A stretch of DNA of 64,000 nt from contig JAJPKE010000005.1 of NCBI GenBank assembly GCA_021323855.1, positions 45,935-109,934 of the forward strand, written 5' to 3'. Source of the DNA: Chloroflexota bacterium. Its GTDB lineage: Bacteria > Chloroflexota > Ktedonobacteria > Ktedonobacterales > JADMIN01. Every line of letters begins with the position of its first letter. Within the stretch, counting starts at the first letter, position 1. Positions 19,745-28,302 of the stretch are shown here, piece by piece. A model generated the notes under the pieces. The model saw only the letters and a program-made list of their open reading frames with translations, had not been told where the DNA came from and ran no database searches. Both the position numbers and the translations under genes were made by a program.

Positions 19745-20611
19745 CTAGGCGTTTCCCATATCGCTCCGCAAGAGATCCGACAAGAGACCGGCGACTGGAG
19801 TGGGTGAACCCACCTGTTGGGCAGTCTGCTGGAAGAGGCCAACATCCTTCAGCGGAATCTTGCTCTGACCAAACGGTGTATTTCCCTCGGCAATCCGCTT
19901 GCCATAGTTCTGATAGATAGGCGCGGAAAAAAGCGTGCTGGTCAGCATGTTGATGACGGCGTTGGGGTCAACGCCGTTTTTCTCGGCCATCGCCAGGGCT
20001 TCTCTTACTGAGTAGCCTGCTGAGGAAATCAAGAAATTGCCGGCGAGCTTGACCAGAACCGCCGCACCAGCCTCTTCACCAAAATCGAAGATGCCCTGCG
20101 CACCCATCGCCTGTAGCAGCGGTCGCACCCGTTCTTTGGCGCGCTCTGGGCCGGCAAACGGAATCCAGAGCTGATGCGCGGCGGCTGCCTCCGGTCGCCC
20201 AAAGATCGGCGCTTCAACCATGAAGCTGCCGTGCTGCGCATGGAGCGCCGCAAGTCTTTTTGATGTTTCAGGCAAGACGGTACTCATCGAGAGGTGGACT
20301 CCGCCTGCTCCCAATTGCGCTAAGAATCCCTTGCTCTGGACGATGCTTTCGAGCGCCACATCATCCCAGACGATGCTCGCAACGATGCCTCCGCTCGCCA
20401 CAGCGTCAGCGGGGCGCAAGGCGGGCTGCGCGCCCTGGGCAACCAATGGCTCGGCTTTGCTCGCCGTGCGATTGTAGACACGGAGCGCGTATCCAGCACT
20501 GAGTAGATTGGTTGCCAGCGGTAGCCCCAACTGGCCAAGACCGATAAAGCCAATCACGCCATCTCGCTGATCTACCTCACTGCCATCTTGCATCTCATAG
20601 TTGTCGTGCAT
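19745..20611 (-). CDS. NAD(P)-dependent beta-hydroxyacid dehydrogenase (3-hydroxyisobutyrate/6-phosphogluconate dehydrogenase-like)
   Basis: Start moved to ATG 20611 (AGGAGA upstream; the track start is 20638). Rossmann motif GFIGLGQLGLPLATNL. Confidence 0.8.
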   Translation of the reverse strand: MHDNYEMQDGSEVDQRDGVIGFIGLGQLGLPLATNLLSAGYALRVYNRTASKAEPLVAQGAQPALRPADAVASGGIVASIVWDDVALESIVQSKGFLAQLGAGGVHLSMSTVLPETSKRLAALHAQHGSFMVEAPIFGRPEAAAAHQLWIPFAGPERAKERVRPLLQAMGAQGIFDFGEEAGAAVLVKLAGNFLISSAGYSVREALAMAEKNGVDPNAVINMLTSTLFSAPIYQNYGKRIAEGNTPFGQSKIPLKDVGLFQQTAQQVGSPTPVAGLLSDLLRSDMGNA

Positions 20612-20659
20612 GAGTAACCATTCTCCTGTACACGCCATCGCATGTACGTCCTCATAGCA

Positions 20660-20681
20660 AACATGACGTTAACGTCATGTT
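20660..20681. promoter_or_regulatory. Palindromic operator AACATGACGT-TA-ACGTCATGTT (candidate MerR site) upstream of the dehydrogenase gene
   Basis: Perfect inverted repeat, 24 bp when the flanking A/T are included. A near-identical copy lies at 21178-21199. Confidence 0.65.
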
Positions 20682-20763
20682 TGGAATAAAAAAAGCTGTT
20701 GATTTCGTCGTCCAGGTCGGTGAAGTCTCCCTCCTTGCATTCTCTCGCATTCTCTCGGCGCGG

Positions 20764-21165
20764 TTACCGTTCACCTGTGTCTTCTGATCGTTCCGCCAGC
20801 CAGCGCTCGAAGCGAGCGATATGGGCCTGGAGATCGGAGCGAAACCGTTGCAGCGCGCCGATCTTCTGGTCGGTTTCAGCAAGATGCTGGCGCAGGAGCG
20901 CGAGAACCTTCTGTTTTGGTTTGATGCCACTGGGGTCGGTGAAATAGAGATCAATGACATCCCGAATGTCTTCGAGGCTGAGTCCAAGCTGCTTCAATTG
21001 GCCAATCTTCTCTAGGCGAGCGAGCGTCTCCTCGGTGTAATAGTGCTGACCGTGGCCCTCGCGTTCACCGGGCGGAAGGAGGCCCAGGCGCTCATAGTAA
21101 CGGACGGTGCGCGGCGTTACGCCAGCGCGTTCCGTCAAATCACCAATGCGCATACGGCCATTCAT
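20764..21165 (-). CDS. MerR-family transcriptional regulator
   Basis: 133 aa. MRIGDLTERAGVTPRTVRYYERLGLL HTH followed by a coiled-coil dimerisation helix. Confidence 0.85.
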   Translation of the reverse strand: MNGRMRIGDLTERAGVTPRTVRYYERLGLLPPGEREGHGQHYYTEETLARLEKIGQLKQLGLSLEDIRDVIDLYFTDPSGIKPKQKVLALLRQHLAETDQKIGALQRFRSDLQAHIARFERWLAERSEDTGER

Positions 21166-21177
21166 GACTCACCTCTA

Positions 21178-21199
21178 AACATGACGTTCACGTCATGTT
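21178..21199. promoter_or_regulatory. Second copy of the palindromic operator, AACATGACGT-TC-ACGTCATGTT
   Basis: Lies 13 nt upstream of the merR start codon, in the divergent region shared with the membrane protein gene. Confidence 0.65.
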
Positions 21200-21353
21200 G
21201 ATAGCATATCATCTTCATGCACTATTTTCCAGCGCGCAAGAACCCTGGCCCTGGTACGCATCCTGCCCATCGGTATCATCATTCGCCCGCATGTACTCGC
21301 ATTCATCTGCGCCACAGCGTGACATATCCGGCGGGCGACGGAGGAGCGACGCC

Positions 21354-21938
21354 ATGACACAGCAGGCCCTCATTGCGCTCATCATCGAAGTCGCCGGTGG
21401 ATTCATCGTGCTGTTCTTCGGGCGGCGGCTCTTCTGGTTCTTCATCGGGTTGACCGGCTTTACGCTGGGCTTCCTCATCGTGTCGTCGCTCTTCGGCCTG
21501 GGCGGTGTCGCTGGCTGGATTGCGCTGAGTGTTGGCGCAATTATCGGCATCGCAGGTGCAATCTTTGCTCTCGTCGCCAGCCGCCTGCTGATTCGCCTGA
21601 CCGGGCTGCTGGTGGGTATCGTCACCGGACTGGTGGCGTTCATCCTGCTACACGGATTTTTCGGCATCGCCAGTTCCGTCTTCTTCTTCTTCGGCTGGAT
21701 CGTTGTCGGCGGACTCGCCGGTCTGGCGCTCAGTCGCTGGGCTGCAAACCTCGCGCTGGTCCTCTTCACGGCGCTGCTGGGCGCAGACGCCATCACCGTC
21801 TCATTGGATCGCATCGTCGGGCTTCCCAGCATCCTCGCCGTACCCCTCTTCCTCGTGCTGCTGCTGCTCGGCCTCGGCGTGCAGGGCGGCTTCATTCGCC
21901 GCCGCACGAACAAACCAGCGCCGCGCGCGCCTGCCTAG
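21354..21938 (+). CDS. Integral membrane protein of unknown function
   Basis: Start moved to ATG 21354 (GGAGGAG upstream). 194 aa with 5-6 G/L/F-rich TM segments. Confidence 0.6.
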   Translation: MTQQALIALIIEVAGGFIVLFFGRRLFWFFIGLTGFTLGFLIVSSLFGLGGVAGWIALSVGAIIGIAGAIFALVASRLLIRLTGLLVGIVTGLVAFILLHGFFGIASSVFFFFGWIVVGGLAGLALSRWAANLALVLFTALLGADAITVSLDRIVGLPSILAVPLFLVLLLLGLGVQGGFIRRRTNKPAPRAPA

Positions 21939-22030
21939 CACATCGAAGAGGCCAAGCGGATTCACCCGCCGGCCTTCGTTCGCCTGCGCGACCTCGTTGC
22001 CGCCTGCCACGACCGTTTGTCCGGCCTCTG

Positions 22031-22141
22031 GCACCCCTCTCCCGCGCATGGGGACCGCCGCCGCTCGTCCGCAGGACGAGAAGCAAACCATCGGTTTGCG
22101 GAGGCGGCGGGTGAGCGCAGCGAGGGGCTGGGGGTGGGGGC
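22031..22141 (+). repeat. Family A repeat split by a structured insertion of about 57 nt
   Basis: gcaCCCCTCTCCcgcgcatgggga + [ccgccgcc..CTCGTCCgcaGGACGAG..GCAAACCatcGGTTTGC..ggaggcggcgg] + gtgagcgcagcGAGGGGctgggggtggggg. Confidence 0.7.
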
Positions 22142-22148
22142 CATCCTC

Positions 22149-22178
22149 TTGCCGCGAATACTTGTTCTGTGTTATAAT
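22149..22178 (+). promoter_or_regulatory. Candidate promoter of the marR-efflux operon (possibly leaderless)
   Basis: TTGCCG (22149-22154), 18-nt spacer, TATAAT (22173-22178). ATG 22185 lies 7 nt downstream and has no SD. Confidence 0.4.
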
Positions 22179-22184
22179 TGCAAT

Positions 22185-22823
22185 ATGCAACAGATGCAAC
22201 ATGCAACAAATGCTGGTGAACCGAACGAATCGCCTCGCCAGCACATTCTCACTGACCAGACGGTTCCAGCGAACGACAATCCTTCGGCGGAGGCCACTGC
22301 TGCCGTCGTGCTGGATGTCGTGCCGCTGGTGATGCGCACCATTCGCATGCGCATGCGTGAGGCGCGCGCCGCCGATCTCTCTGTGCCGCAGTTTCGCGCG
22401 CTGGCTCATCTGAAAAAGCACCCTGGCGTTTCGCTCTCCGATGTCGCGGAGTATGTTGGGCTGACCCTACCGGCAGCTTCGCGTATGATGGATGGTCTGG
22501 TTGCTCGTGGCTATGCAGAGCGTAGGCTCTCTGCCATCAGCCGCCGTAGCATCGAGCTACGTCTCTCCGCGAAAGGATTGGAGATGCTCGATGTCACGCT
22601 CCAACACACCCGGCAGGCGCTGGCAGAACTGCTCGCGCCGCTCTCCGAAGCGCAACAGGCGACCGTAACCCAGGCCCTCGAAACCTTGCGTTTGATCTTC
22701 TCGACGGTCCCCGAAGCCAGCCGTGCAGAGAACCTCGTGGAAATGGCGGGTCAAGCAGCGGACACGGCTGAGATGGTTGAAGTGACAGAAGTGACAGAAG
22801 TGGCTGAAACGCTGAAACAATAA
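22185..22823 (+). CDS. MarR-family transcriptional regulator
   Basis: Start moved to ATG 22185; the upstream part of the track ORF is read through a repeat element. Winged HTH LSVPQFRALAHLKKHPGVSLSDVAEYVGLTLPAASRMMDGLVARGY. Confidence 0.75.
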   Translation: MQQMQHATNAGEPNESPRQHILTDQTVPANDNPSAEATAAVVLDVVPLVMRTIRMRMREARAADLSVPQFRALAHLKKHPGVSLSDVAEYVGLTLPAASRMMDGLVARGYAERRLSAISRRSIELRLSAKGLEMLDVTLQHTRQALAELLAPLSEAQQATVTQALETLRLIFSTVPEASRAENLVEMAGQAADTAEMVEVTEVTEVAETLKQ

Positions 22824-22835
22824 AGGGATGATGGA

Positions 22836-23633
22836 ATGCTGACACTGGAAACCAGCCAGCTCACCCGCACCTTCGGCGAGATGACGGCGGTGAATGCCGT
22901 CTCCTTCGGCGTCGAATCCGGCGAGGTGTTCGGGCTGCTGGGACCGAACGGCGCTGGCAAGAGTACGACGATCAAGATGTTGACGACACTCTTGCCGCCG
23001 ACCGCTGGACACGCGACAGTCGCCGGTTACGATATTGCGCGCCAGGCTGCCGATGTGCGGCGCGTGATGGGCTATGTGCCACAGGCGCTCTCCGCCGACG
23101 GCAACCTGACCGGCTACGAAAATCTCTTGATCTTCACGAAACTTTATGATCTACCGCGCAGCGAAAGGCGCAAGCGGGTCAATGACGCGCTGGCGTTCAT
23201 GGGGCTGGCGGATGCCGCCAATAAGCTGGTGCGCACCTACTCCGGCGGCATGATTCGCCGGTTGGAGGTCGCCCAGGCGATGCTTCACGAGCCGGAAGTG
23301 CTGTTTCTGGATGAGCCGACCGTCGGGCTGGACCCGATTGCACGCCGCGCCGTCTGGGAACATCTCAGCCAGATTCGCGCGCAGACCGGCATGACCATCG
23401 TGCTGACGACACACTATATGGAAGAGGCGGATAGCCTCTGCCAGCGTGTCGCTATCATGCACCACGGTACCATCGCCGCCATCGGCTCCCCGAATGAACT
23501 CAAAGCGTCCATCGGCAAGCCGGACGCCACGCTTGACGATGTATTCCTGCACTACACAGGGGACGATCTGGAATCAGGAGGAAGCTATCGTGACACATCC
23601 CGTGCCCGCCGCACAGCCCGCCGCGTCGGCTAG
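22836..23633 (+). CDS. ABC transporter ATP-binding protein (DrrA/ABC-2 type)
   Basis: 265 aa. GPNGAGKST, YSGGMIRRLEVA, VLFLDEPTVGLD. Confidence 0.9.
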   Translation: MLTLETSQLTRTFGEMTAVNAVSFGVESGEVFGLLGPNGAGKSTTIKMLTTLLPPTAGHATVAGYDIARQAADVRRVMGYVPQALSADGNLTGYENLLIFTKLYDLPRSERRKRVNDALAFMGLADAANKLVRTYSGGMIRRLEVAQAMLHEPEVLFLDEPTVGLDPIARRAVWEHLSQIRAQTGMTIVLTTHYMEEADSLCQRVAIMHHGTIAAIGSPNELKASIGKPDATLDDVFLHYTGDDLESGGSYRDTSRARRTARRVG

Positions 23634-24543
23634 CGCCACCAATGCCACCGGCGACGCCATCTCCGGCGCATCTGAGATAACAGCAACAACGCATCCTGGC
23701 AAACCAGGTAATGCTCACAATCCCAGTAATCCACGCGCGCTACGTGGCAAGCCGACCAATCCCATCGCCTATATCGCCAGCTTCCTGAAGAAGACGCTGA
23801 CCATCGGTGAATGGGAGGTGCGCAAACTGCGCCACGACATGACCGATGTGGTGACACGCACCATCCAGCCGGTCCTCTGGCTGTTGATCTTCGGTGAAGT
23901 GTTCACGCGCATCCACGCCATTCCCACCGGCAACAAGTCCTATCTGGATTTTATGGCGCCGGGCATTCTGGCGCAGAGCGTGTTGTTCATGGCCATCTTC
24001 ACCGGCATTGCCATTATCTGGGAGCGCGATGTCGGCGTTATCCATAAGTTCCTCGCCAGCCCCACGCCGCGCGGCGCGATTGTGCTGGGCAAGGCAATTG
24101 CCGCCGGACTGCGCTCGCTGCCACAGGCGGTTATCATCTATATCCTGGCGCTAATTCTGGGCGTCCATATGAACTGGAATCCACTGGCGCTGCTGGGCGT
24201 TGTCGTCATCGTCATGCTCGGCGCGGCGTGTTTCTCCACCTTCTCCGTGCTGATCGCCTGCACGCTGCGTTCGCGTGAGCGCGTTATGGGCATCGGCCAG
24301 GTGTTGACGATGCCGCTCTTCTTCGCCAGCAACGCCATCTATCCCATCGCCATCATGCCGACATGGCTCCAGGCTATCGCGCGGGTGAATCCGCTCAGCT
24401 ATGAGGTGGATGCGCTGCGGGCGCTGATGCTGACGAACTCATCGAGCGCGTTAGGGCTGGGCACCGACTTCATCGTAATGATTGTGATGAGCGCCATCCT
24501 GATTGCCATTGGTGCACGCATCTATCCCAAGCTGGTGCAATAG
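23590..24543 (+). CDS. ABC-2 type transporter permease
   Basis: Start moved to GTG 23590 (AGGAGG upstream), overlapping the ATPase 3' end. Six hydrophobic segments follow an N-terminal A/P-rich tail. Confidence 0.75.
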   Translation: MTHPVPAAQPAASASATNATGDAISGASEITATTHPGKPGNAHNPSNPRALRGKPTNPIAYIASFLKKTLTIGEWEVRKLRHDMTDVVTRTIQPVLWLLIFGEVFTRIHAIPTGNKSYLDFMAPGILAQSVLFMAIFTGIAIIWERDVGVIHKFLASPTPRGAIVLGKAIAAGLRSLPQAVIIYILALILGVHMNWNPLALLGVVVIVMLGAACFSTFSVLIACTLRSRERVMGIGQVLTMPLFFASNAIYPIAIMPTWLQAIARVNPLSYEVDALRALMLTNSSSALGLGTDFIVMIVMSAILIAIGARIYPKLVQ

Positions 24544-24626
24544 GCCTCAACTGGCCAACCGGCCAATTGGCAAACGGGCAGGACACACCTTTCGCATATC
24601 TCGTTCTCGTCAAAGGTTAGTAGTTC

Positions 24627-26474
24627 ATGGCAAAGGTAGATAAGGTAAACAACATACAGGCGAACGGGCACGGAGGGAGCGCGTACACGCTAAACACAGA
24701 GGAGGCTGAAGACACCTCGAATTACAAGTGGATTGCGCTCTCCAACACGACGCTCGGCATGTTGATGGCGACCATCAATTCGAGCATCATTCTGATCTCG
24801 ATGCCCGCCATCTTCACCGGCATCGGCATCAACCCGCTGGGACAGGGAGAGACCAACTATTTCCTCTGGCTGCTGCTGGGCTATATGGTCGTCACGGCCA
24901 CGCTGGTCGTCGCTTTCGGGCGCATCTCCGACATGCTGGGGCGCGTCAAGCTCTATAATTTGGGCTTTGCCGTCTTCACCGCCGGCAGCATTCTGCTCTT
25001 TCTGACGCCGGGCAGCGGCAACACCGCCGCCACGCTGATGATTATCTTCCGCCTGGTACAGGGCGTCGGCGCGGGCTTCCTCTTCTCCAATAGCACGGCT
25101 ATCCTGACCGACGCTTTTCCGGCGCGACAACGCGGCATGGCAATGGGCATCAACCAGATTGCGGCCATCGTCGGCTCGTTCATCGGCCTGATTCTGGGCG
25201 GCGTGCTGGCGGCGGTCAACTGGCGTATGGTCTTCCTGGTCAGCGTGCCGGTAGGCATCTTCGGCACCGTCTGGGCCTACCTCAAGCTGCGCGAGACGGC
25301 GAAGATTCGCGGTAACCAGAAGATGGACTGGCCGGGCAACGTGACATTCGCCGCCGGTCTGACGGTACTGCTGCTCGGCATCACCTATGGCATCGAGCCA
25401 TACGGCACGTCGAGCATGGGCTGGGGCAATCCACTGGTGATTGCGGCGCTCATCGGCGGCGTGGTGCTGCTGGGGATTTTCGTCGTCATCGAGCTACGCG
25501 CCAGCGACCCGATGTTCCGGCTGGACCTCTTCAAGATTCGCTCGTTCGCTGCTGGCAATATCAGTAATTTCCTGGCGGCGCTGACACGCGGCGGTCTGCA
25601 ATTCATGCTGGTGATCTGGCTGCAAGGCATCTGGTTGCCGCTGCACGGCTATAGCTTCGCGGATACGCCGCTCTGGGCTGGCATCTATATGACGCCGCTG
25701 CTCATCGGCTTCATCGTCATGGGACCAATCAGCGGCTGGCTCTCGGACCGCTATGGCGTGCGCCTCTTCTCGGTGCTGGGCCTGCTCGTCAATGCCGTCG
25801 GGTTCATCGGCCTGCTAACGTTGCCCGCGAACTTCAGCTATCCCTGGTTCGCGTTCTGGCTGGTGGTGCTGGGCGTTGGCCAGGGTCTCTTTGCTGCACC
25901 GAACACGACAGCCATCATGAACAGCGTGCCACGCGAGCATCGCGGCGTCTCCTCTGGCATGCGCGCGACCTTCATGAACGCGGCTTCGCTGATGAGCATC
26001 GGCGTCTTCTTCAGCATCGTCACGGCTGGCCTCGCCTCGGCGCTGCCCTCCTCGCTCTTCAGCGGACTGACACAGGCCGGGTTGCCCGCGCAGACGGCGC
26101 ATGGTATCGCGCAGTTACCACCGACGGCGGCGCTCTTCGCGGCATTCCTGGGCTATAATCCACTGGGCGCGCTGCTGCCGCACGCAGTGCTGGCGCAACT
26201 GCCACTGGCAAGCCAGCTTCATCTGTTGAGCAAGGAGTTCTTCCCCAACCTGATCGCCTCGCCGTTTATGGTGGGCATGCGTGGCGTCTTCCTGCTCTCG
26301 ACGGTTCTCTGCGTCATCGCAGCGGTCGCCTCGCTCTTCTGCCGGGAGCGCGCGCAGGACGGCAAGCTGGAAACGCTGCCACCCATCACGGCGGAGGAAG
26401 AGCTGGCCGCACCGGAACTGCTGCCAGCCATCGAGGAGCAGCAGGCGTTCGAGGGCGTGGGTGGCGAGAAATAA
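24627..26474 (+). CDS. MFS transporter, 14-TMS drug:H+ antiporter (DHA2/EmrB-like)
   Basis: 615 aa with many TM segments. MFS motif A-like GRISDMLGRVK. Confidence 0.85.
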   Translation: MAKVDKVNNIQANGHGGSAYTLNTEEAEDTSNYKWIALSNTTLGMLMATINSSIILISMPAIFTGIGINPLGQGETNYFLWLLLGYMVVTATLVVAFGRISDMLGRVKLYNLGFAVFTAGSILLFLTPGSGNTAATLMIIFRLVQGVGAGFLFSNSTAILTDAFPARQRGMAMGINQIAAIVGSFIGLILGGVLAAVNWRMVFLVSVPVGIFGTVWAYLKLRETAKIRGNQKMDWPGNVTFAAGLTVLLLGITYGIEPYGTSSMGWGNPLVIAALIGGVVLLGIFVVIELRASDPMFRLDLFKIRSFAAGNISNFLAALTRGGLQFMLVIWLQGIWLPLHGYSFADTPLWAGIYMTPLLIGFIVMGPISGWLSDRYGVRLFSVLGLLVNAVGFIGLLTLPANFSYPWFAFWLVVLGVGQGLFAAPNTTAIMNSVPREHRGVSSGMRATFMNAASLMSIGVFFSIVTAGLASALPSSLFSGLTQAGLPAQTAHGIAQLPPTAALFAAFLGYNPLGALLPHAVLAQLPLASQLHLLSKEFFPNLIASPFMVGMRGVFLLSTVLCVIAAVASLFCRERAQDGKLETLPPITAEEELAAPELLPAIEEQQAFEGVGGEK

Positions 26475-26633
26475 TCGGCCACTGTACTTTTTCCGATGAC
26501 AGCGCCAACAGGCACGACAATGCTGTCGCGTCTGCTGGCGCTGCTATTTTCGATGCTATGATATCAGCATGATAGATACCGATTATAGCTAGCCTGCCAA
26601 GCCGAATCAGCGAGCTACCAGAGGATTCATGCC

Positions 26634-27434
26634 ATGTCGTCTACAGCATCGTCTCCCAATCTTTTGTTCGAGGCGCGTGAGCAGGTCGCCTACCTCACGC
26701 TCAACCGGCCTGAAGCCGCCAACGCGATTGATGTGCCGATGGCGCGGGCGCTGCAAGAGGCGCTGCAGCGTTGCGAAACAGATACGAGCATCCGCGCGGT
26801 GGTGCTGACGGGCGCCGGTCCGATGTTCTGCGGCGGTGGCGACCTCAAGACGTTCGCCAGCCAGCGCGAGCATATCGCTGCCTACATCAAAGAAGTGACG
26901 CTATTGCTGCATGATGCTATCTCGACGATGGCGCGCATGAACGCGCCGGTGATCGCGGCAGTGAACGGCGTGGCGGCTGGTGGCGGTATGAGCCTCGCCT
27001 GCGCCTGTGATTTGGTGATTGCCGCCGCATCGGCGCGCTTCACGATGGCCTATACGCGCGCCGGTCTTGTCCCCGATGGCGCATCCACCTATTATTTGCC
27101 GCGCCTCATCGGGTTGCCCCGCGCCCTGGAATTGACGCTGACCAATCGTGTCCTCTCGGCGCAGGAGGCGCAGGAATGGGGGCTGGTGAATCGCATCGTG
27201 CCCGATGCCGATCTCTCCACGGAGGCGGAACACCTGGCGCGCACACTGGCAGCGGGCGCAACACAGGCGCTGGGCGCGGCAAAACGCCTGCTGCGCAGTG
27301 GCTGGACGGAGACGCTGGAGACGCAAATGTCCTACGAACGCGAGGCCATTGCGGCAGCCGCAGCCGCCACAGAGGGCCAGGAAGGGATCACTGCCTTCCT
27401 GGAAAAACGCGCACCCAGGTTCGATGGGCAATAG
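26634..27434 (+). CDS. Enoyl-CoA hydratase/isomerase (crotonase) family protein
   Basis: 266 aa. VLTGAGPMFCGGGDL and AAVNGVAAGGGMSLACACD oxyanion-hole segments. Confidence 0.85.
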   Translation: MSSTASSPNLLFEAREQVAYLTLNRPEAANAIDVPMARALQEALQRCETDTSIRAVVLTGAGPMFCGGGDLKTFASQREHIAAYIKEVTLLLHDAISTMARMNAPVIAAVNGVAAGGGMSLACACDLVIAAASARFTMAYTRAGLVPDGASTYYLPRLIGLPRALELTLTNRVLSAQEAQEWGLVNRIVPDADLSTEAEHLARTLAAGATQALGAAKRLLRSGWTETLETQMSYEREAIAAAAAATEGQEGITAFLEKRAPRFDGQ

Positions 27435-27459
27435 CAGAGACCTCGCGGTCTAAAAAGAA

Positions 27460-27489
27460 CCGCCTACCTGAGATATCTCAGGTAGGCGG
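27460..27489. terminator. Bidirectional intrinsic terminator
   Basis: Perfect 15-bp-arm palindrome CCGCCTACCTGAGAT|ATCTCAGGTAGGCGG between convergent genes, preceded by AAAAAGAA. Confidence 0.7.
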
Positions 27490-27533
27490 CTCATCATTCA
27501 GATATCCGTTGCTATTGGATACCCGTTCGTATG

Positions 27534-27803
27534 CTAACGGTCCAGCACGTCGTCGGTTTTGTGTTCAACATCGCCAGCGGTATTCTGCAAGTCTCCTTTG
27601 GCCTGGCGCATCTTGCCTTTGGCTTCGGTGCTGCGGTCGCCGGTCAGTTTCCCCAAGCCTTCTTCAACTTTACCGCCAGCTTTGTTCATCGCGCCGCGCA
27701 TCTTGTCGGATGTGCCGCGCTGACCCAGGTCCTGCTCGTCATCATAATCCGTGTCCATGCGATCACGGCGATCCCTATCGTCGTCCCTCATAGTATGCTC
27801 CAT
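27534..27803 (-). CDS. CsbD-family stress protein
   Basis: 89 aa. GKVEEGLGKLTGDRSTEAKGKMRQAKGDLQ is CsbD-like, with a D/R-rich N-terminus. Confidence 0.7.
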   Translation of the reverse strand: MEHTMRDDDRDRRDRMDTDYDDEQDLGQRGTSDKMRGAMNKAGGKVEEGLGKLTGDRSTEAKGKMRQAKGDLQNTAGDVEHKTDDVLDR

Positions 27804-27969
27804 TCCTCTCCGTTGAGCGGTCTCACATCTGCCTGTTTCCCAGGCGTATCACTTGTACAGGACATGTGAGCCGGTGAAGGATATCTTCACATGGAACCTA
27901 TTCTGTGCAATATACATGCCATACACATGTTACATTCCATGCCATCCGCCGGGTTGGCTTCATCTCAGC

Positions 27970-28266
27970 TTAGGCTTCGATGCGTACAACCTCCACTCGC
28001 GCGTCGGTAATTTCGCAGTCCGGGCGCGTCTCCTCGATGTAGCGCAGCGCATGTTCGATGACTTCCCGCGCGTGCGCAGCGTCGCCGCTGACATAAGCGA
28101 AGCCAAGCGTGGCGAGCTGCCGCAAATCCTGGCTCTCCACCTCGGCGGCGGCTACCTCAAATTGATTGCGCAGGCGCGCGAGCAGCGATTTGATGACCTG
28201 GCGTTTATCCTTCAGCGATTGGCTGGCGAGCAAATGCAAGGTAACACGACATGTGCCGACAAACAT
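27970..28266 (-). CDS. DUF503 (YlxP-like) protein
   Basis: 98 aa. MFVGTCRVTLHLLASQSLKDKRQVIKSLLARLRNQF matches the DUF503 N-terminal pattern. Confidence 0.65.
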   Translation of the reverse strand: MFVGTCRVTLHLLASQSLKDKRQVIKSLLARLRNQFEVAAAEVESQDLRQLATLGFAYVSGDAAHAREVIEHALRYIEETRPDCEITDARVEVVRIEA

Positions 28267-28302
28267 AGTGAAATGAGCGCCTGAACCTGTCTATCCGTCA
28301 GG

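Noticed and set aside
22185-22208. Three tandem ATGCAAC(A) units at the start of the marR gene, considered as a possible operator.
   Set aside because: They lie inside the predicted coding start (MQQMQH). A MarR operator would normally be a palindrome, and no inverted repeat is evident.
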